A stretch of 60,273 nucleotides of DNA, the filler included, from Sphacelaria rigidula (taxonomy: Eukaryota): assembly GCA_964200075.2 (NCBI GenBank). It is 6 parts of 6 records of this genome, joined end to end, with 100 filler letters (N's around TTAATTAATTAA, not from the genome) between each part and the next. Parts side by side here need not be neighbours in the genome. Positions count along the whole stretch, not along the records: positions 20,127 to 30,089 come from CAXNAA020007405.1; positions 30,190 to 40,151 come from CAXNAA020007406.1; 4 more parts are not named here. The stretch is one strand, 5' to 3'. The notes under the pieces are model-generated. The model did no database searches, was not told the origin of the DNA, and saw only the letters and a program-made list of their open reading frames with translations. Of the stretch, positions 24,698 through 38,613 are shown piece by piece (within the stretch, counting starts at the first letter, position 1; the number at the start of each line of letters is the position of its first letter). The position numbers were made by a program, and so were the translations under genes.

Positions 24698-27600
24698 GTG
24701 TTTATCCCTGAAGGGGGTCGAAGCCCTACCGATGAAACAACGTCGGCGCTTCATGCTTCCAACAAAGACGACATAAAATATGTTGAGAGCCTGACTGTAG
24801 CAGGGGCAAAAATTCACATTACAAATGTTGTGGACAGAGAGGGACAAAAGCGGTCCGTAGAAACGCCGTGTGTCCCAGCCTCTGTTGATCCTGACAGTGA
24901 CGTGCCCACTGTTCCAAGCCATGATATTGAAACTTCACAACTGCCCAGTGCTGTGTATGACACGCTGGTGGGTAGCAACGTGAGGGTGTCCACGGATCGA
25001 AATGAAATGCTTGCTGGTAGTAGAGTTGAATCATCTGGTGATGTGAACAACATGCTTGCTGGTAGCAATTTGCAGTCGCCTACGAACACAAACGACATAG
25101 TTGTGGGTGATCAGGCAAAATGTGGTGATGATGCCGAAATGATAGAAGGTACCCCGGTACCACTGTCCAGAGTTCATGATAAACAGGAGGGAACCGACGA
25201 GCAGAGCCGAGAAACAGGTTCAGACTCGAGAGAGCTTCAGAGTGATTCAGTATCCCACCTCCCCACGTCAAGGATAGCGCAAGGTGGTCGAAAATTGACT
25301 GCATCGGGAGTACTGCAACAGATTGTGATACTCCACAAAACGGAGTCACAACTACGATCGATCCTGTCGGGTATTGAAGGTAGAGATGGTAGCATGGCGA
25401 GGTTGAATAGGGAACCGCCGCAACCTATTGAGATGCAAAGTACAGAGGCTGTTTTGCGACAGGACACACAAACGGACCGTGAAAATCAAGGGGCTCAGTT
25501 GGTTGATCGGTTGCCTTTGCCCTCGCAAGTCCATGAACTGCCACTGGAACCGATGATCATCACACGCGCTACTGCTGTTGTTGGTACTCTTCCTTACACG
25601 GCAGACACTAAGCCAACGTCGCCCAGCAGCTCATCCCAGAAGGGGAAAGCTCCGGCAGTGGGGCTGCCAGGGGTGATGATCCCGCACACAACCCCGGTGG
25701 AGACGGCTGTTTCGGTTAGCGAGGCCACCCCCGCGGGACCGCTGGGGGCTACGACTGAAGAGATGATTACACCAAAGAAAGAAGTAGACGATGAGGTTGC
25801 CTGTGGTGATGACTCCATGGTTGCGAAAACCCAACCCAGTGCTGTGATCGATGATGTGGTAGACAACGTTCGCAAACTGTTGGATTCGCTGTCGTACGAA
25901 GATAGATGCCGTGTGTTAGGCAAGGACGCGGATGGGGGGAGTCGTTCAGTTACGACGGTTGCTGCGCCTGGAGGGGTCTATACCCCCATTCCGTCGCTTC
26001 AGACGAGGCTCATACTGGCTGAAAAGGCACGAAAGCAGGCTCACACAATCCGCTAACCGATGAAAATGGCGAGGCCTACGACAGAATGTTCGTTGGGGCT
26101 GAGGTCATATTCCCTGGACAGTGACACCTCCTCTCGAGAGTCGGACACTGATGGTGACGAAGTTTTCGCACAGTTGTCACACAAAGCGGAATTACGCGCC
26201 GCGGCCAGGAGGAAAGCCAAAATTGAAAAATTGATAAAAAAAGGTGAGGCAATGGCCCGGCGTTTGTCGTTAGCGTCTGCCGAAACAAAGGAGACACGCA
26301 ATCAGCCTCCCCAAGACGTGGATAATCCCGCGGGCACGGAGTGGGAGTTGGTCTCTAGAAAAACAAAGCCGCCTCATATCACTTATGCGGAAGCTGTAAA
26401 GAAAACTAATGCTGGAACCTTGAACGGAACTGCATTCCCGACTGTAACCCCGCAGATAGCGCGTCGAGAGTTAGCCAAGAAGACGGCTAAATTCAAAAAA
26501 GAGAAAGATGAGTTGGAATGGGTGCGGTCACAACAACACGAAGTCCCGCAAGAAATGGAAGGGAACAGAAAGAGGGGGGAAGCCCTGGAGAAACGAAAGC
26601 GAGAGTTGATGATGGAAATAGCTGACCAGGAACAGACGGTCCTGGAAGCGAGAAAAGACCGGGAATTCACGACCGTAGAACGAGTGCCAGACGCAAACAT
26701 CCTGCCAAAGCGAATGGGACCGGCGGAGTACGCCGAGTACCAGCGGGGGCGCGGGGAACCTCCCGTGGACACCGCCACTTCCGCGAAGGAAACACTCGCG
26801 ACGGTCGCGCCCCCACCGCCAACCGTAGAAAGAATCCCGGCGGTTCAACGGCAGCCGGCCGTTCAGATGGCGCCTGTCCGTTCCGACCAACATCCGCGCC
26901 CGAAAGCTTCGTCGCCTCCGAATAATTTGACCTTTCCTGAGTATCAGGCGATTAAAAGGACGTGCCCGGCGGATTGGCCTTTGTCGGATTGGCTAGAGTA
27001 TAACTCGATGCAGACATCCTCTGGTGGTAACGGAACGGGTCACTCACCCCAGACGTCCGGTATGGCTCAAGGAAGAGGGCAGCGCGGGTGGGAAGAATCT
27101 AACTCGGAAGACGGAAGTAGCTCTTCGGGCTGGCACGAGCCGAGGTCCCCGAGAGGTCGCAGAGGGAGAGGCTGAGGGAACCCTCAATTTTAATATGCTA
27201 AAAGAAGGTGCGATGAGGCAGAATTGCCGAAAACGCAGAGAACAGTTGTTGATTTAACCGCTGTGAATACGCAGCCATCTGAGATTACACAGCCTGCACC
27301 AACACAAATGATAAGCACAATGTCTGAAACCAAGACACCAGTAAAGTCTGCCGCTGAGATTGCGGGAGAATATGCGAAAATGGACACTTCCATATTGATC
27401 GATTTGCCGAAACTGCCCCTCAGCCCAGATCACGACGTGGCAGATTTGGTAGCTTTTGGTGCGGCCCTTCGTGATTCGACTAATGACATGCGTGTAATTG
27501 TTGGGGACACGGACCCTGATGATTGGCATCCAGGCTGGGTGAAGTGTTTGCAAAAACATTTGCTGAAATCGACACGAGGTGGTAAATCCACATCCTAGGG

Positions 27601-28476
27601 GCATCAGGCTGCATCCGTTTTACGAACCCGCATATCAGATGTAACAAACGAGGCTATTGGAATGCAAGAAAATGGATTGCCGGGTCCCGAAGCATTTGAC
27701 CATGCGCTACGTATGCTTAGTCGCGCGTTGAGTAAAGTCACTCCCGCAGGTGTGATGGGTCTAATTTCACAGTTGACCCTGGGACTACTTTCGCGACCTA
27801 TTTATCTGAACGGAGACTTCTGGTGGCAAATGTGCAGAGTGTGGGTCGAGAGCTAGCTCCGGGAAATGGTTCAATTCAATCGGCGATAAAGAACGGCATT
27901 GACGATCAATTCCCGAATATTAGTGCACAGGCGTTTGCGGGTCGCCACCATCAACCCCTACCCTTTGAAAATGTGGAACAGTTAATGAACGCACTTCGTG
28001 ATTTCGATACGAACACCTCGGTGGCGGTGGCCGCAAAACGTTTTGGTACCGGGAGTGTTGGTGGTGTAGTCACCCGCTCAAGACATTTCGCCAAGGCGTT
28101 ACATAGCAAAAAGTTTGGGGGTGTCATGGGCATTGATGAGGTGTACCATGAGGAAGACACAGAGATGCAGTATGTAAACTCCATCGGTCAGAAAAATAAC
28201 CACCGTTTCGGGAGAAGGGGTAAAGATCCCCCCTTCTACGAGCCTTTCCAATCTCGCGAAGCAAAGGACGCAGCGCGTAAAGCATTCGGTCCTTTCTGTT
28301 TAAATTGCGGTAGCTCGGAACACCTTCTGGCCCGAGATTGTCCTCAAGAATTTATGAACAAATCAGGCATTATTCACCATGAAATCGGAGAAGGGTCCCC
28401 ACAAGATATCTCGGAAAAATGGAGACGATGGCAGCACCGCCTGTGTGCGTACCATCGTAATAGAAACAAACCTTGA
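24698..28476 (+). pseudogene. gag: Long gag region of the gypsy element (disordered N-terminus, coiled coil, capsid-like segment, zinc knuckle)
   Basis: ORFs 24698-26056 and 26060-27175 are in one frame split by a single TAA, then frameshifts; GRELAP segment and CLNCGSSEHLLARDC knuckle; homologous to 38614-40029. Confidence 0.7.
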
Positions 28477-28527
28477 AGGTGCAACGATGAAAATTGGGCC
28501 AGTTCATCGATAGCATTTCAGCCCGTA

Positions 28528-30089
28528 TTGAGTATTGGAGGACCTGTCCCTCCTGCAGAAACTGCAAATACTAATGTCGACACTGAGTCTAGTCTGCTCA
28601 GTCCAACTCGCTCGTCATTGCATGGGACGACTACGAGTTGGGGGAACGGGGAATTAACGTTCCCACCGGGTAAGAATTGTGGTGCCGATGGAACAGTGAA
28701 ATCTAACTTAAGGACTGATCATCCGAAGGAAGGAAATTCGAATGTTGGAAAGTCATCACAATCCTGTACAGATCAGAATGTCACCCAGTTTGTAGGCACT
28801 TTAACGCAAACGGGGGCAAGAGGGGCCTTGGCGGGGAAATCTTGTAAGACATTTCAGTCTGGCCGTCGGAATAGAGCATCAGCTGGGAGTAGCTCACCTA
28901 GTTGCGCACAAATTCTAAGCGATGTCTTATGTGAAAGTAAAACATTGAGTGCAAAGGCACACGACCGAGATGAATCATTCGAACCGTCGGTTGTAGCCAG
29001 GGTTTTGGATGGACCCGATGCGATTGTACAGTCGCAAAGTAATGAGCACCCAGTAGAAAAAGTAGTCATCCAGGGTGAGGCAGGTGAACCGCGTGCTCGA
29101 GTTAGCACTGGACGTAGCCCTCGATACCCACTTGGACCGGGGAAAACACGCAGAGATCACAACGCCGCAGGTTCTACCGTGCGAGATAAAACGATCCGCA
29201 TCGGCAGGAACAACAGAAACAGTAGGAACCTGGTTGATCGAAGTGACATTACTCCCGCTGAAACTGAATCTTCGATTGCTCACGGCAAGTCTGCCCGCAA
29301 CATTCGGGATAATAGTAATGCTCCGGTAGGGGAACAAAATAATTGTCCCGCCGAGATTTCCACTGTGCATGAAGAAACAAAACGCACCAGTTCGACAATC
29401 AGTAGCATTGAGGTGGGTGGAGATGAAATTTCTTCGACCAGAGATCACGATGTTCGTAGCTTAACAGCTCACAACAGTCGGGACAACAGTAATAAGAATC
29501 AGGGGGGATCTAGCGTAGCTGGTCCTACTCTCGATCTGGCAACCGTACACGAAAGTGGATCATCTGACAATGGTAACGATGCGCAGGCATGCATGACTAT
29601 TGATTTCCCCGATAGAACCGTTGGAGAATCCCAGGATACTTCACGACAAACAGATCGTGATGAATCTCCGTGTCACGTAGTGCGTAGGGTAGATGTAGAA
29701 AAAGGTGACGAACCAAGTAGGGCGCCCGCACAAAGTATATATGCGTTGGACCCCAGAAATGGCAATCGGCTGCCTTCAGGACCAGTTTCCGCCCGCGTAC
29801 CCGCAACAATATTTAGTCAGGTAGCGCGAGGAAGGAAAGGTCGGTACTTGGAAGAAATTGACCAAGTCAGGGGTGGGGAAGTGAGTTTAAACCGGAAAGA
29901 AAGTTCGACCTTGGCGCAAATATTTTCTGGCCCAAAGGCAACTAGAACCTTGGAGGTTAAAACTTTGATAGACACAGGGAGCCCGGCAACATTTATTCAC
30001 TACTCAATATGGAAAAAGATGGTTGATGTTGGGGCCGCCACCATTGACGGCGTCCGAGAGATAGAGCCGGTATCCTGGGGTGGTTTTAA
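28528..30089 (+). CDS. pol: Gypsy pol N-terminus: low-complexity spacer plus aspartic protease (cut by contig end)
   Basis: TLIDTGSPATFI retropepsin motif near 29960-30000; aligns with ALPDSSSPQTSI..FGGF in contig 4. Confidence 0.75.
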
Positions 30090-30189
30090 NNNNNNNNNNN
30101 NNNNNNNNNNNNNNNNNNNNNNNNNNNNNNNNNTTAATTAATTAANNNNNNNNNNNNNNNNNNNNNNNNNNNNNNNNNNNNNNNNNNNN
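30090..30189. other. Artificial contig linker
   Basis: Same cassette. Confidence 0.98.
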
Positions 30190-30265
30190 CAACGCAAGGG
30201 TGGAAGGATAGCTCACCCACTTATGAGCCTCTGTTTTCGTGCAACCAAATACCCCCCCCCCCCCT
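30190..30265 (-). mobile_element. PPT and start of the 3' LTR of the contig-4 gypsy element
   Basis: G13 tract (30252-30264 on minus) then TGGTTGCACGAAAACAGAGGCTC, about 1 kb downstream of the integrase. Confidence 0.55.
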
Positions 30266-31259
30266 ATCGTAGGATGACTCCATGGCAAAATTCACGACAT
30301 AGACGCAGAAACCAGAACCAAAATAAGTACAAAACCAGGGGCACGCTGGGCAACAGCGAAAACAAAATATCCGCAACATGAAGCAGAAACAACAACACGT
30401 GGCAACCGTCCGTGTAAACGGGAGCGGTTTTCGTGTGTACGAAGCAAGTAGGGTCAAAAGTTTCAGCCAAGAGGGTCCAAACATTTCAGGCACTCGGCTT
30501 CGGTTACTATCGCTCATGTTAAGAACTCAACGTGGTACGCACACAAAAAAGGGACACATCACGACCGATCCCGAAGAGCGAGGCGGCATTCGCGTACGGA
30601 GTGATTGAACAAGAGCGCAAGTATTCCAGACGTGGGCATTAGGTATGGCTAGCGCTCGCTCCGGAAACTCTTAATCAAAAACAAACAAATAAAAAGTAAA
30701 GACCGTATAATAAACAAAGCAAGACAAAAAGCGCATACAATGAAAAAAATGAAGAAATAAATAACTCGTGGCAGTTGTTCCAGTGGACGGAATGGTTGTG
30801 AATGTACAGCGCGGAGGACGGAGGTTCAAGGTTCCAGACTCGGGGTCAGGAATGAAACGGTCGTCACTTGTACTTTGCCAGATGAACCCAGGAATAACCA
30901 AGAAACTTACTCATCGGGCACAAAAAAAATGAAACAAAGCACGACGCGAAAGGAAAAGAAAAGGAGGGAAGAAAAAAAACAAAGACAAAAACAAAACAAA
31001 ACAAAACAAAACAACGCAAAAGCAAAAAAAAAGAAACACAAAGTCAGGGTCCAAGGCAACCAAAAATTAAACACAGCACAAGCAAAAAACGAAATACAAA
31101 AACATCAACCACTAAAAGCACGGGGCTAATCAGTACAAAAATATATGAACGAGGGGGGGGGGGGACACATGGTTTTCCAACGACGCTACGGTGCAAGACA
31201 AGCGACTCGAACGCGGTACACTACGCAAGGTGAATGGGGAAGCAGACTCGGATGTGGCA

Positions 31260-33188
31260 TCATGAGTCAACTGCATCCCAAGCGGTGTCCGCGTTCCGTA
31301 GAACGGCTGTTTCGAGTTCGCCTTGGTCGTGTCGTTGGAGGCACCAGGATCCCCTCCGAGCGGTCGGCTCCTCGCTGCAGTAAGTGTCATCTAAGCGAAT
31401 CTTAAGGAGGCTCGGGTCATCGAGGAAACGGATAAAGTAGGAGTGGTCAGACGCAGGATCGACCAAACTAATGTTACACAACCACCACAGTGAATCCAAG
31501 GCCTTATACAAACAAATACGCCCCTTTCGGCAATCGGTTTCCGCGAAAACACTGCATGTATTGTGAACGCGAAAGAAGGCTATAGCCTATCACAACAAAC
31601 CGCGCTGAGTGTTCACGTGCCAGTTCCCGAGTGGCAGCTCCCTTGCGCATCGATCGATATCTCTTACTCAACGGGCGGTGTTGGACGGTATCTCCTACCC
31701 AGTACAAAAATATTTCCCGACGAAAATGACGCAAATCAACTTTACACTCCCAATGAACACGCATGATACCCTTCCAATGTGTTTGATACATTACCGCTAC
31801 CTTACCTGCTCGACCGCGAACCGGTTGATGGCCCGAGATCCTATCTACCTCAACGCCTTCCAGGGGTGCGTCCGCATCCTCGACCGTCATATGATACGGC
31901 GGAGGTTTGATCGCAAACTTGGTCAACACATACAGGCTAAGCCCTAACAGCAGTTGTTTGGGCATGTCGCAGGAGTCATGAGGGGGGATACACGGTTTGC
32001 ATCGTAGCATCGAGACGCGATTTTTCGGTTTCAAACCAGGTTCATCCGTGGGAAAATCTAAATACAAAAGTTTCGCTCCCACCGGACTCTTGTCGGGTGC
32101 GGTAGCGCTTCCAACAGCTAAAATTTCCCAAGGACCAGTCCAATTCAGGGATATTTTCGCCTTCAGCACTTTGTCCAAAGATGATGATTTCGAGCTAGCC
32201 CCTTGATTGATGGTCTTCACATCGTTATACACCCATGCCCATTGGCCTACCTTCCACACCAGGCGATTATGTACCACATCATCCAACATCGAGTTCGCCC
32301 TAGCCACCTTGGCCAAATTGATTTGGTTCTGTGCTTGTACCACTTCACATGCAAGATGAAGGCGATTGCTAACCGACAAATGATACTCTACAACATCACG
32401 ATCTAGACTCTGATGTCCACCTGTATTTTTGCGTTCGAATACCGTTAAAGGTAACCTAGGCATGCGTCCAATATGAATTTTATTCGGCAACAATCCCGTA
32501 GCGGCATTGACTGAATTGTTTTAGTTCACTTGGACAAGGGGCAGCTGCAGGTCCCAGTCCATCTGTCTCTCATTTGCTACAGCAGCAAACATCTGTGCCA
32601 TCGTATGGTTCACTCGTTCCGTTCCACCATTGGTGGAAGGGTGATTTGAACTAGTAAAAATGCGATGGGCACCCAAAACGTCACTGACGGCGGCTGCAAG
32701 TTTGCCTGAAAAATGCGGGCCGTTGTCAGACAGTAAGCATTTGGGCACACCCCACTGTGGGATGTACATGTAGACAAGAATCTTGACGGTACCTTCCGCG
32801 GTATAACTACTGGGGGGGACGGCGTGCATCACCGCATGTCGACTAAATCTATCCGTGAACAAAAAAAATACTTATTTCCACTATCCGTCAGGGGAAAAGG
32901 ATCAAAATAGTCCCACGAAACTACTTCACTAGGCCCGTTTGGGAGTGGCATGGAAACAATCGGCCAACGAACTGTTTGACGAGAAGCTTCTCGCGCCTGG
33001 CACAAAAGACAACGCCTCACCCACCAACGACAACACTGATCCATACAAATCCACCAATAAAAACGTTCCAATATCTGGGAGATCCTAATGACGACTAAAT
33101 GAGTCGATGCCTGTGAATGGCATTCGTGTAGAACCCATGGGCGCAGGAGCATCGGGACATAGACGCGGCTGGATTCATCACCTAGCAA
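31260..33188 (-). pseudogene. Integrase (HHCC, DDE core, GPW module, chromodomain, extra C-terminal domain)
   Basis: ECH..TH..CLLCQ; LSDNGPHF, HPSTNGGTERVN; WTGPWEI; EVDRISGH..YQTHWKG..HWE; after a frameshift YKALDSLWW..YFIRFLDDP..GSWCLQRH. Confidence 0.92.
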
Positions 33189-34073
33189 GCGGGCATGCCG
33201 ACTTGTAGGCTCTGGGGAGGGCTGCTGTGGGCCGGCGAACTAACAGAACTATACAATCATCATCGGTATGTAGCATACATTTCCTTGAAAGTTCAGTAAC
33301 TTCATCCTGTGTGGGTGCTTTGAGATTCCCGAATGGCAAAAGGAATTCGGTTTCTGAGAATGGACATGGGTAACTTTTAGATAGATAATGGATAGCTGAC
33401 TTACAAGCAGGTTCTGCCTGTTGTTACCGGACCCAATCGGCGTGGGAGAAGAGAGTCAAACGTTCCTTGAATACACCATCAGCTGTTGAAGCGTCTACTT
33501 CGTGTTGGGTCGGTTCGGGGCGGGGTTAGCACGAAGCGGTAATTTCGGAATCAAGGGTGAGCCTACCAGATGGTGTACTCTCAGACGGAACGTTAACGTC
33601 TACTCCTGTGTCGACTAGCGTGGAGGGTGTTGTGGTGGTGTTTGCAATATCATCACCAAGGGAGGGGGGCACAGCCGTGGTTTCGGTTATGGTTGGCAGG
33701 GGCGGCACGGTCGGGGTCGATTTTCTGGGGGCCTTGCGTCGCGGACGCTGCGGGGGCGCAAGGAAACTATTGGGGACCGGGGTGGAGGCGGGGAGGGGAA
33801 GGTCAGGACCAGATACGGCTAATTTGGCGGCCGTTTCGGCGGTTCGCCGTCAACAAGTCCTACTCAAAATCAAATCTCGAACTTGAGCTGGTAAGACGGA
33901 ATCAGCAAAGGACGGTTCTACACCTGCTGCGAAGACCATGCGCTGGCCAGTTGCACGAAAATGATCATAGCCAACAGTATTCGTAGACTGTCCATTCCAA
34001 ACTGAGTACAACGATTGAGGTTGCAAGCTGCCTAGAACTGATGTGTAGGCTGTGATCGTCAGCTCACCCATGC

Positions 34074-34694
34074 CTAACGCCGGCGTTCTCTCAGTGAAAG
34101 TGGTGTGTAGAGACCTCTATGTTCATTCCTGCTTATGAAATATACAACGTCTTTGGTGGGATCGGTGATACGTCCCATGGGGGATTCATCGATAGGTTGA
34201 GCTGGTGTGGGTAAGCGTGACAGGAAGTCGGCGTTTGCATTCTGGGGACCTGTGCGATACTTCAGTTGAAAGTTGTAAGACGACAGGATTTCGAACCAGC
34301 GTTGGACCCTAGCGTTGTGTTCCGCCATTTTGGCAAGGCTTTTCAAAGACTTGTGATCGGTATAAATCACAAACGGGATGTCATACAAATACTGACGCAG
34401 ACGTCGCCCGCCCCAGACAACTGCGCTGGTCTCTTGTTCCATGACAGACCAATTCTGTTCATTCGAAAAAGTGGTGTGCCTTAGATAGACAATGGGACGA
34501 ACAGTAGCATCGACTTGCTCTTGTTCTAATGTGCAGCCAAACCCAATTTTGGAAGAATCTGTGTGGAGCCGGAAAGGGCGGGAACCCTGCCCCGCGGCCG
34601 ACCAGTCGGGGAAGACGAGAATCGGCGGGCGCGAAAGGGTATCATGAAGACGGCGGACGCTTTTTTCCATTTCCAATGTGAACACAAGTTTCAC
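34074..34694 (-). pseudogene. RNase H (Ty3-type)
   Basis: FRLHTDSSKIGFGCTLEQ, IYTDHKSL, NANADFLSR. Confidence 0.93.
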
Positions 34695-34748
34695 CCCTTT
34701 TTTGATGAGGGTGGTCAGGGGTTTTTGCGTTTGGGCAAGGTTTGGTAA

Positions 34749-35534
34749 CTACTGTCTGTAGTAGCTAAGACCTCCCAACAAGGAACGCAGTTGAGAAATG
34801 TCCCGTGGCATGGGCATACCGGAGAGTGCGGCGACCTTGTCGAGGTTTGGGCTACGACCTTCGGGGGTGATGCAATGACCCAAGAACTCAATCTTCGTGG
34901 TGCCAATGCGGGATTTGGAGGGGGCGAGTTTCAAGTTGTGTTGTTCAAACCGATTAAAGATTGATGCCAACTGTTCGACGTGTCCAGCCCGTGTGGAATC
35001 GTGGCACACCGCATCATCAAGGTACGTATGGCATTTGGGCAATCCATCAGTTACACGGAACATTACACGTTGAAACGCACCTGATGCCCCGGCGGCACCT
35101 TATGGTGTAACCAGTCACTCGTACAAACCTGATGGCGTGCAAAACGCTGTCAGTTCAATTGAATTTGGATCCATCACGAGCTGGTGGTAGCCGGACTACA
35201 TGTCAAAGTTCGAAAATACCTTACCCCCGCCAAGAGAGTCAATAACTTCATCAATCCGTGGAAGTGGCAGCCGGGCGATTTTGGTGACAGCGTTCAATCG
35301 TTGATAATTGACCGTTAGTCTGATTTTGTCAGTTTTCTTACGGACGACTACTAAAGGCGAGGCCCACAGGGACGTCGAGTGCCGAATTAAACCGGCGGAT
35401 AAGTAACCATAGAGAATTGCTTGGATCTTATCCGCCAAGCGCGGGTTCGTACGGTACGGGCGCATAGTGAAAGGCGGAGTGCCATCAGAAATCTTCATCT
35501 TAAACGGTGTCGTAGTACATCGACCTAAATTCAA
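34749..35534 (-). pseudogene. Reverse transcriptase
   Basis: SLWASPLVVVRK, RLTVNYQRLN, PLPRIDEVIDSL, YLDD, IEFLGHCI; an in-frame TAG at 35196-35198. Confidence 0.95.
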
Positions 35535-36211
35535 GGGTGCAGTAGAAAACCGTTCAGATTATCTAATCAAGATGGATCTCAATCTACCGATTACAGTGGG
35601 TGTCCAACCATCGCCAGATAGATAAACATAAATATACCGTAAGTAAGGGGGAATGTCATCCCACAAATTTTGAAAACTGGCGTGTTGTTCTGTGGAAAAT
35701 CTATCCAGTAATGCAGTTGGGGGTTGAGGTTCAGGCGCATCCGGTGGATTGGTCAACACCATGGGATCAGGCATGTGTAGCGGAGGGGGGGGCGTGGATT
35801 TCGGGGGGTCGGTCGGCGAGTTGTTGTTCGCAGGGGGGCACGTATCTGACAGGGCGGTTCGCATGAGAGGCGCTTGAGCATAACCCAACAACTAACCGTT
35901 GAGTATATCGAAACATGCAGGGGACGTGAGGTAAATGGCTTGCCTACCTTCGAGGACAAAGACTTCGGTCTATTCAAAAGGACCAACCTGTGCTTGGTCA
36001 GGTTTGAGAAATTCGACCAAATAATGTCCTGTGAGAGCGGGCGATCCATTGCGTCTCACGAGGTTCACTTGGATAAGTTGGGGTTCACGAAAAAGCGAGA
36101 CTACAGGTTCGCCAACATAGTACAGACGGAAAGCATTACCTGTTTGCGTGGGGTCATCCTCATAAGCATGAGCTCCCGAATCAATGTCGAAGTGAACCAG
36201 TGACAGTTTGC

Positions 36212-36600
36212 CTATGACTGGACGGTTCGGGACAGGTGTGTCCGTCGTGTACGTGTGTGTGTGGAAAACCGAAGCCAACTATCTCGACCCAACAAAACGT
36301 CAAAAGACATGGAACCGTCGGGCACTATTAGTGCCCATATGGACAACCGAGCAGTGGGAGTAATATCCTGGTAGAATTGTACACTCAGTCTCACCGATTG
36401 ATTGACCGTAAGAGATGTGGAGGAACCAAACCCACCAAAAACATGAGGGCGCACGGTGGACAGACAATGCTCGTCCGTCGCCCCCGCGTTGATCATCTGT
36501 TGCCAGCAGCTGGCTGTAATGGACGTTTGAGGTGAACTAGAGTCTGGTAGTGCAAGAGCTATCAAATGACACTTTGGACGCGCTCTACTATGTAAACCTA
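36212..36600 (-). pseudogene. Aspartic protease (degenerate)
   Basis: ALPDSSSP (D-S/T-G-derived) and FDVLLGRDSW. Confidence 0.75.
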
Positions 36601-38613
36601 TCTTGGTAGTAAAAGAAGCACCATCCATAGTTGCAGAACCACTGACGAGATCGGGCCCGAATTCGGGTAAGACATCTGACACATCCTGCTTTGCGTTTTG
36701 AACGAAGCTGCTAAAATACACCCGTTGATGATCCTGTGGGACAAGCTTTTGGTCGGAAGGATGGTGCGTGCATGGAGTGTCAGTGTTTGTGCCTGGATGA
36801 TTTGTCTCATCAGTCGAGAGTTAAATCTCATATACTGCAACGAAGGGGCGATGCCGGGGAAGGGCAGTAGTCGTGGTTGGACCCGACAACTGATCTGTGC
36901 GTGGTGTTTCACCCTCATTGGCTAACAGAGGGGGCGAATCGTCATTGTGCAAAGCGGGATCAATTACATTATCCAGCTTGGTCGGAACAGGGGACGATTC
37001 ATCGGGGCGCGGTGTTGAGTTTGATACACCAATCAGCTCAATACCATCACTAGTTAGGGCCAACATGGGAGGTTCTGGAGACGATTCGTCAGGACGCGGG
37101 GTTGGTAAAGCTGTACTGTTCAACCCGGCGTCTATTGAAGGGGCCAACGTGGTCGAGTTAGGAGACGAGTCGTCTTGCGTAACACTTTGTCTGCCTGGTG
37201 ACGAACACACGATTGAGGTGCCTTCATGACTAGGATGCGAACGTCCATGAATCGGCGAAGTCCCTGTCCCTACAGACGGCAACGCTTTATCGGAAATGGG
37301 TTCTAACGCAGTGCACGAGGGGTGGTCAGGGAGCAGTAACGATCTGTTCGAAATCTGGGGAGTACCGGCCTGTTCCACTGTAAGGTTTTCATCTCTCTGA
37401 GCCCACACGCAACCTCTTCCTTGGAGTTCACGTGCGCTCGCTATATCGGGGTTATATATATGATCATCCGGAGGAGCTCGCCTAGGGCGACGCGTATAGC
37501 GCACGAAAGGGTCGGCGGCTCCAGGAGCTATTGAAATGAGTCCTCGGACAGTCAAACCTAGGTCACGCTCTTGGCGCACCACCTGAGTCTCTGTCACTTG
37601 GCGTTCCATTCCAACCCGCTGAGCGACGGAAAGCATGGGTTCTTTGCGGTTGCGACCCTTCAAGGAATCATTACGCTCATCAAATAAAGGGGAACCGGGT
37701 ACCGTAGGTTTTGCGGAACTCGGTAAGGTGGCTAGCCGGGCACTTGAGCAGTTGGGGGGTGCTTGAGTGTGTGGCTTTGAATTTGGTGTTCTCCGATTAA
37801 CGGTCGGAGAGGCAGTGTCTATCGTACCAGAAGATATTTCGGCTCCGGGTGCGTTAGAAACTGCACTACATGACTTCCTCTCCTTTGAAGGGAGGGGGTT
37901 CGATTGAATATGACTAGTACCTGGTGGATATAAAACTGGGTGATCAAATCCAGGATTAAAACGTTGGGTTTGGTCACTGCTCAATTGATAGCCATGCAAC
38001 GGTGCACGGGCTTCGACTGTCTTGGAACCCTTCAAGACAGTGTCAGCATATCCAGGGGACCCACACAACATGGTTGAACCCGCGATGGCCGCCGTTGATT
38101 CACGTGTGTGATGTTTGTGACCTGGCCGAGCGGAAGAAAATTGTTGGGTGCTTCTGCGGTGAATTACCGACGAACGTTGATTCCTCATTGTGGGGTTGTG
38201 CCTACGAATGGGGAACGAACGGTTGGTAGAAGTATAAAATGAACGGGCAGGTGGTGGCGCCCATGTTGTGGATCAGCCACACGTCCTGTGTTACCCCACT
38301 GATTGCTGCTCGGAAACGCGGGCGCTTGGTAAACGTCCCCAGAAAACGGTCAAGCTGTGCGGTGAGCATCAGGGGTGGATTGTTGAGCGTCTACTTGGTG
38401 TGGGGGACCCATAGGACTAGGTGCGATCATCAGTGATCGTCTTCCGTCTTGTGATTGTACCTGGTACTACGGTTGAGAGTTTGCCGGGTCAGACTGTGTT
38501 GGACGTGGCGCCAAGTCAGCGGGCCTCGTCTGGTAGTGCGCTGTTTGGTACTGCGGGTTTTGGTAGCGGGAATCTTCACCATAAAAGCGATTGCCCCGTC
38601 TAGGGCGGTCGTT

